A DNA stretch of 64,000 nt. Origin: an uncultured Gemmatimonadales bacterium (GTDB taxonomy: Bacteria; Gemmatimonadota; Gemmatimonadetes; Palauibacterales; Palauibacteraceae). The number at the start of each line of letters is the position of its first letter. Position 1 is the stretch's first letter. The stretch spans positions 160,001 to 224,000 of the forward strand of contig CAWANJ010000006.1 in the NCBI GenBank assembly GCA_963783385.1. The letters run 5' to 3'. This document shows positions 63,400 through 64,000 of this stretch, piece by piece. Below the pieces are notes generated by a model. The model was not told the DNA's origin. It worked only from the letters and a program-made list of their open reading frames with translations, and ran no database searches. Position numbers and translations under genes: made by a program.

Positions 63400-64000
63400 G
63401 AGGCGGCTGCGGGCCTTGGGCTACGCCCGGCGGGTGTGGCTGCGGGCCGACGCGGGCTTCCCCGCCGAGCCGTTCCTGGCAGGCCTGGAAGCGGAAGACG
63501 GGGTGCGCTATGTTGTGTGGTTGAGGAGCACTGCCGTGCTGGAGCACCAGGCCGCGCCCCATGTGGACCGGATCCTCGAGAAGCGGGTCCCCGAGGACCG
63601 GGCCCACACGATCGAGATCTCCTACGCCGCCAGGTCCTGGAGCCGGGAGCGGCGGGTGGTGCTGGTGATCGAGGAGCGGCCCGACGAGCTCATGCCCCAC
63701 TGGTTCTTTCTCCTCACCCACGCGACGCCGGAGGAGATCCCGGGGGCGGAGCTGTTGATCGAGTACCGGAAGCGGGGGCCACCGAGAAGGATTACGGCGG
63801 CTGGCAGGGGGCCCTGGCGCTGGCGCTCTCCTCCACCAATCGCCCTAAAATCACCTACGGCGGCCAGCCGCCCCGGCGCCGGAGCCCGCCGGTGGACAGC
63901 TTCGCCGCCAACGAGGCGAGTCTCCTGATGAGCCTTCTGGCCGCCAACCTGATGCACGCCGGCCGCGTCCTGAGCGAGCGGGCCCGCCGACACCTGTGGA
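63400..64000 (+). mobile_element. IS1380-family transposase fragment (5' truncated, runs off window)
   Basis: VWLRADAGFP, SWSRERRVVLV, HWFFLLT, YRKRG, FAANEA.LLMSLLAANL. Confidence 0.75.

Overview
GC-rich bacterial chromosomal segment. The gene content (carboxypeptidase-regulatory/plug proteins, 6-bladed beta-propeller lipoproteins, DUF1207) suggests Gemmatimonadota, which is an inference. Many ordinary genes are split by single-base frameshifts, most likely long-read indel errors. The window holds a hyp-lrp-mntH-usp-udg-DUF2127 operon, a roughly 23 kb peptidase/amidohydrolase scavenging region, a cold-shock gene with a structured leader, kup, fabH, a TetR-TolC-HlyD-ABC efflux operon, a cytochrome c/PQQ dehydrogenase, tRNA-Arg(CCT), an ECF sigma/anti-sigma/secretin-N-like unit, fdhD/mobA/osmC and a complete IS21 with a 5-bp target duplication. 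The best novelty candidate is a lower-GC cassette at about 15.3-17.6 kb. It encodes two paralogous secreted Cys-rich micro-proteins (WHxxWSxACAxGxC..WDC..CD..DPGCL) directly upstream of a beta-propeller lipoprotein, and may be a peptide signal/receptor or toxin/immunity module. A second lower-GC propeller gene lies between IS elements at the right end.
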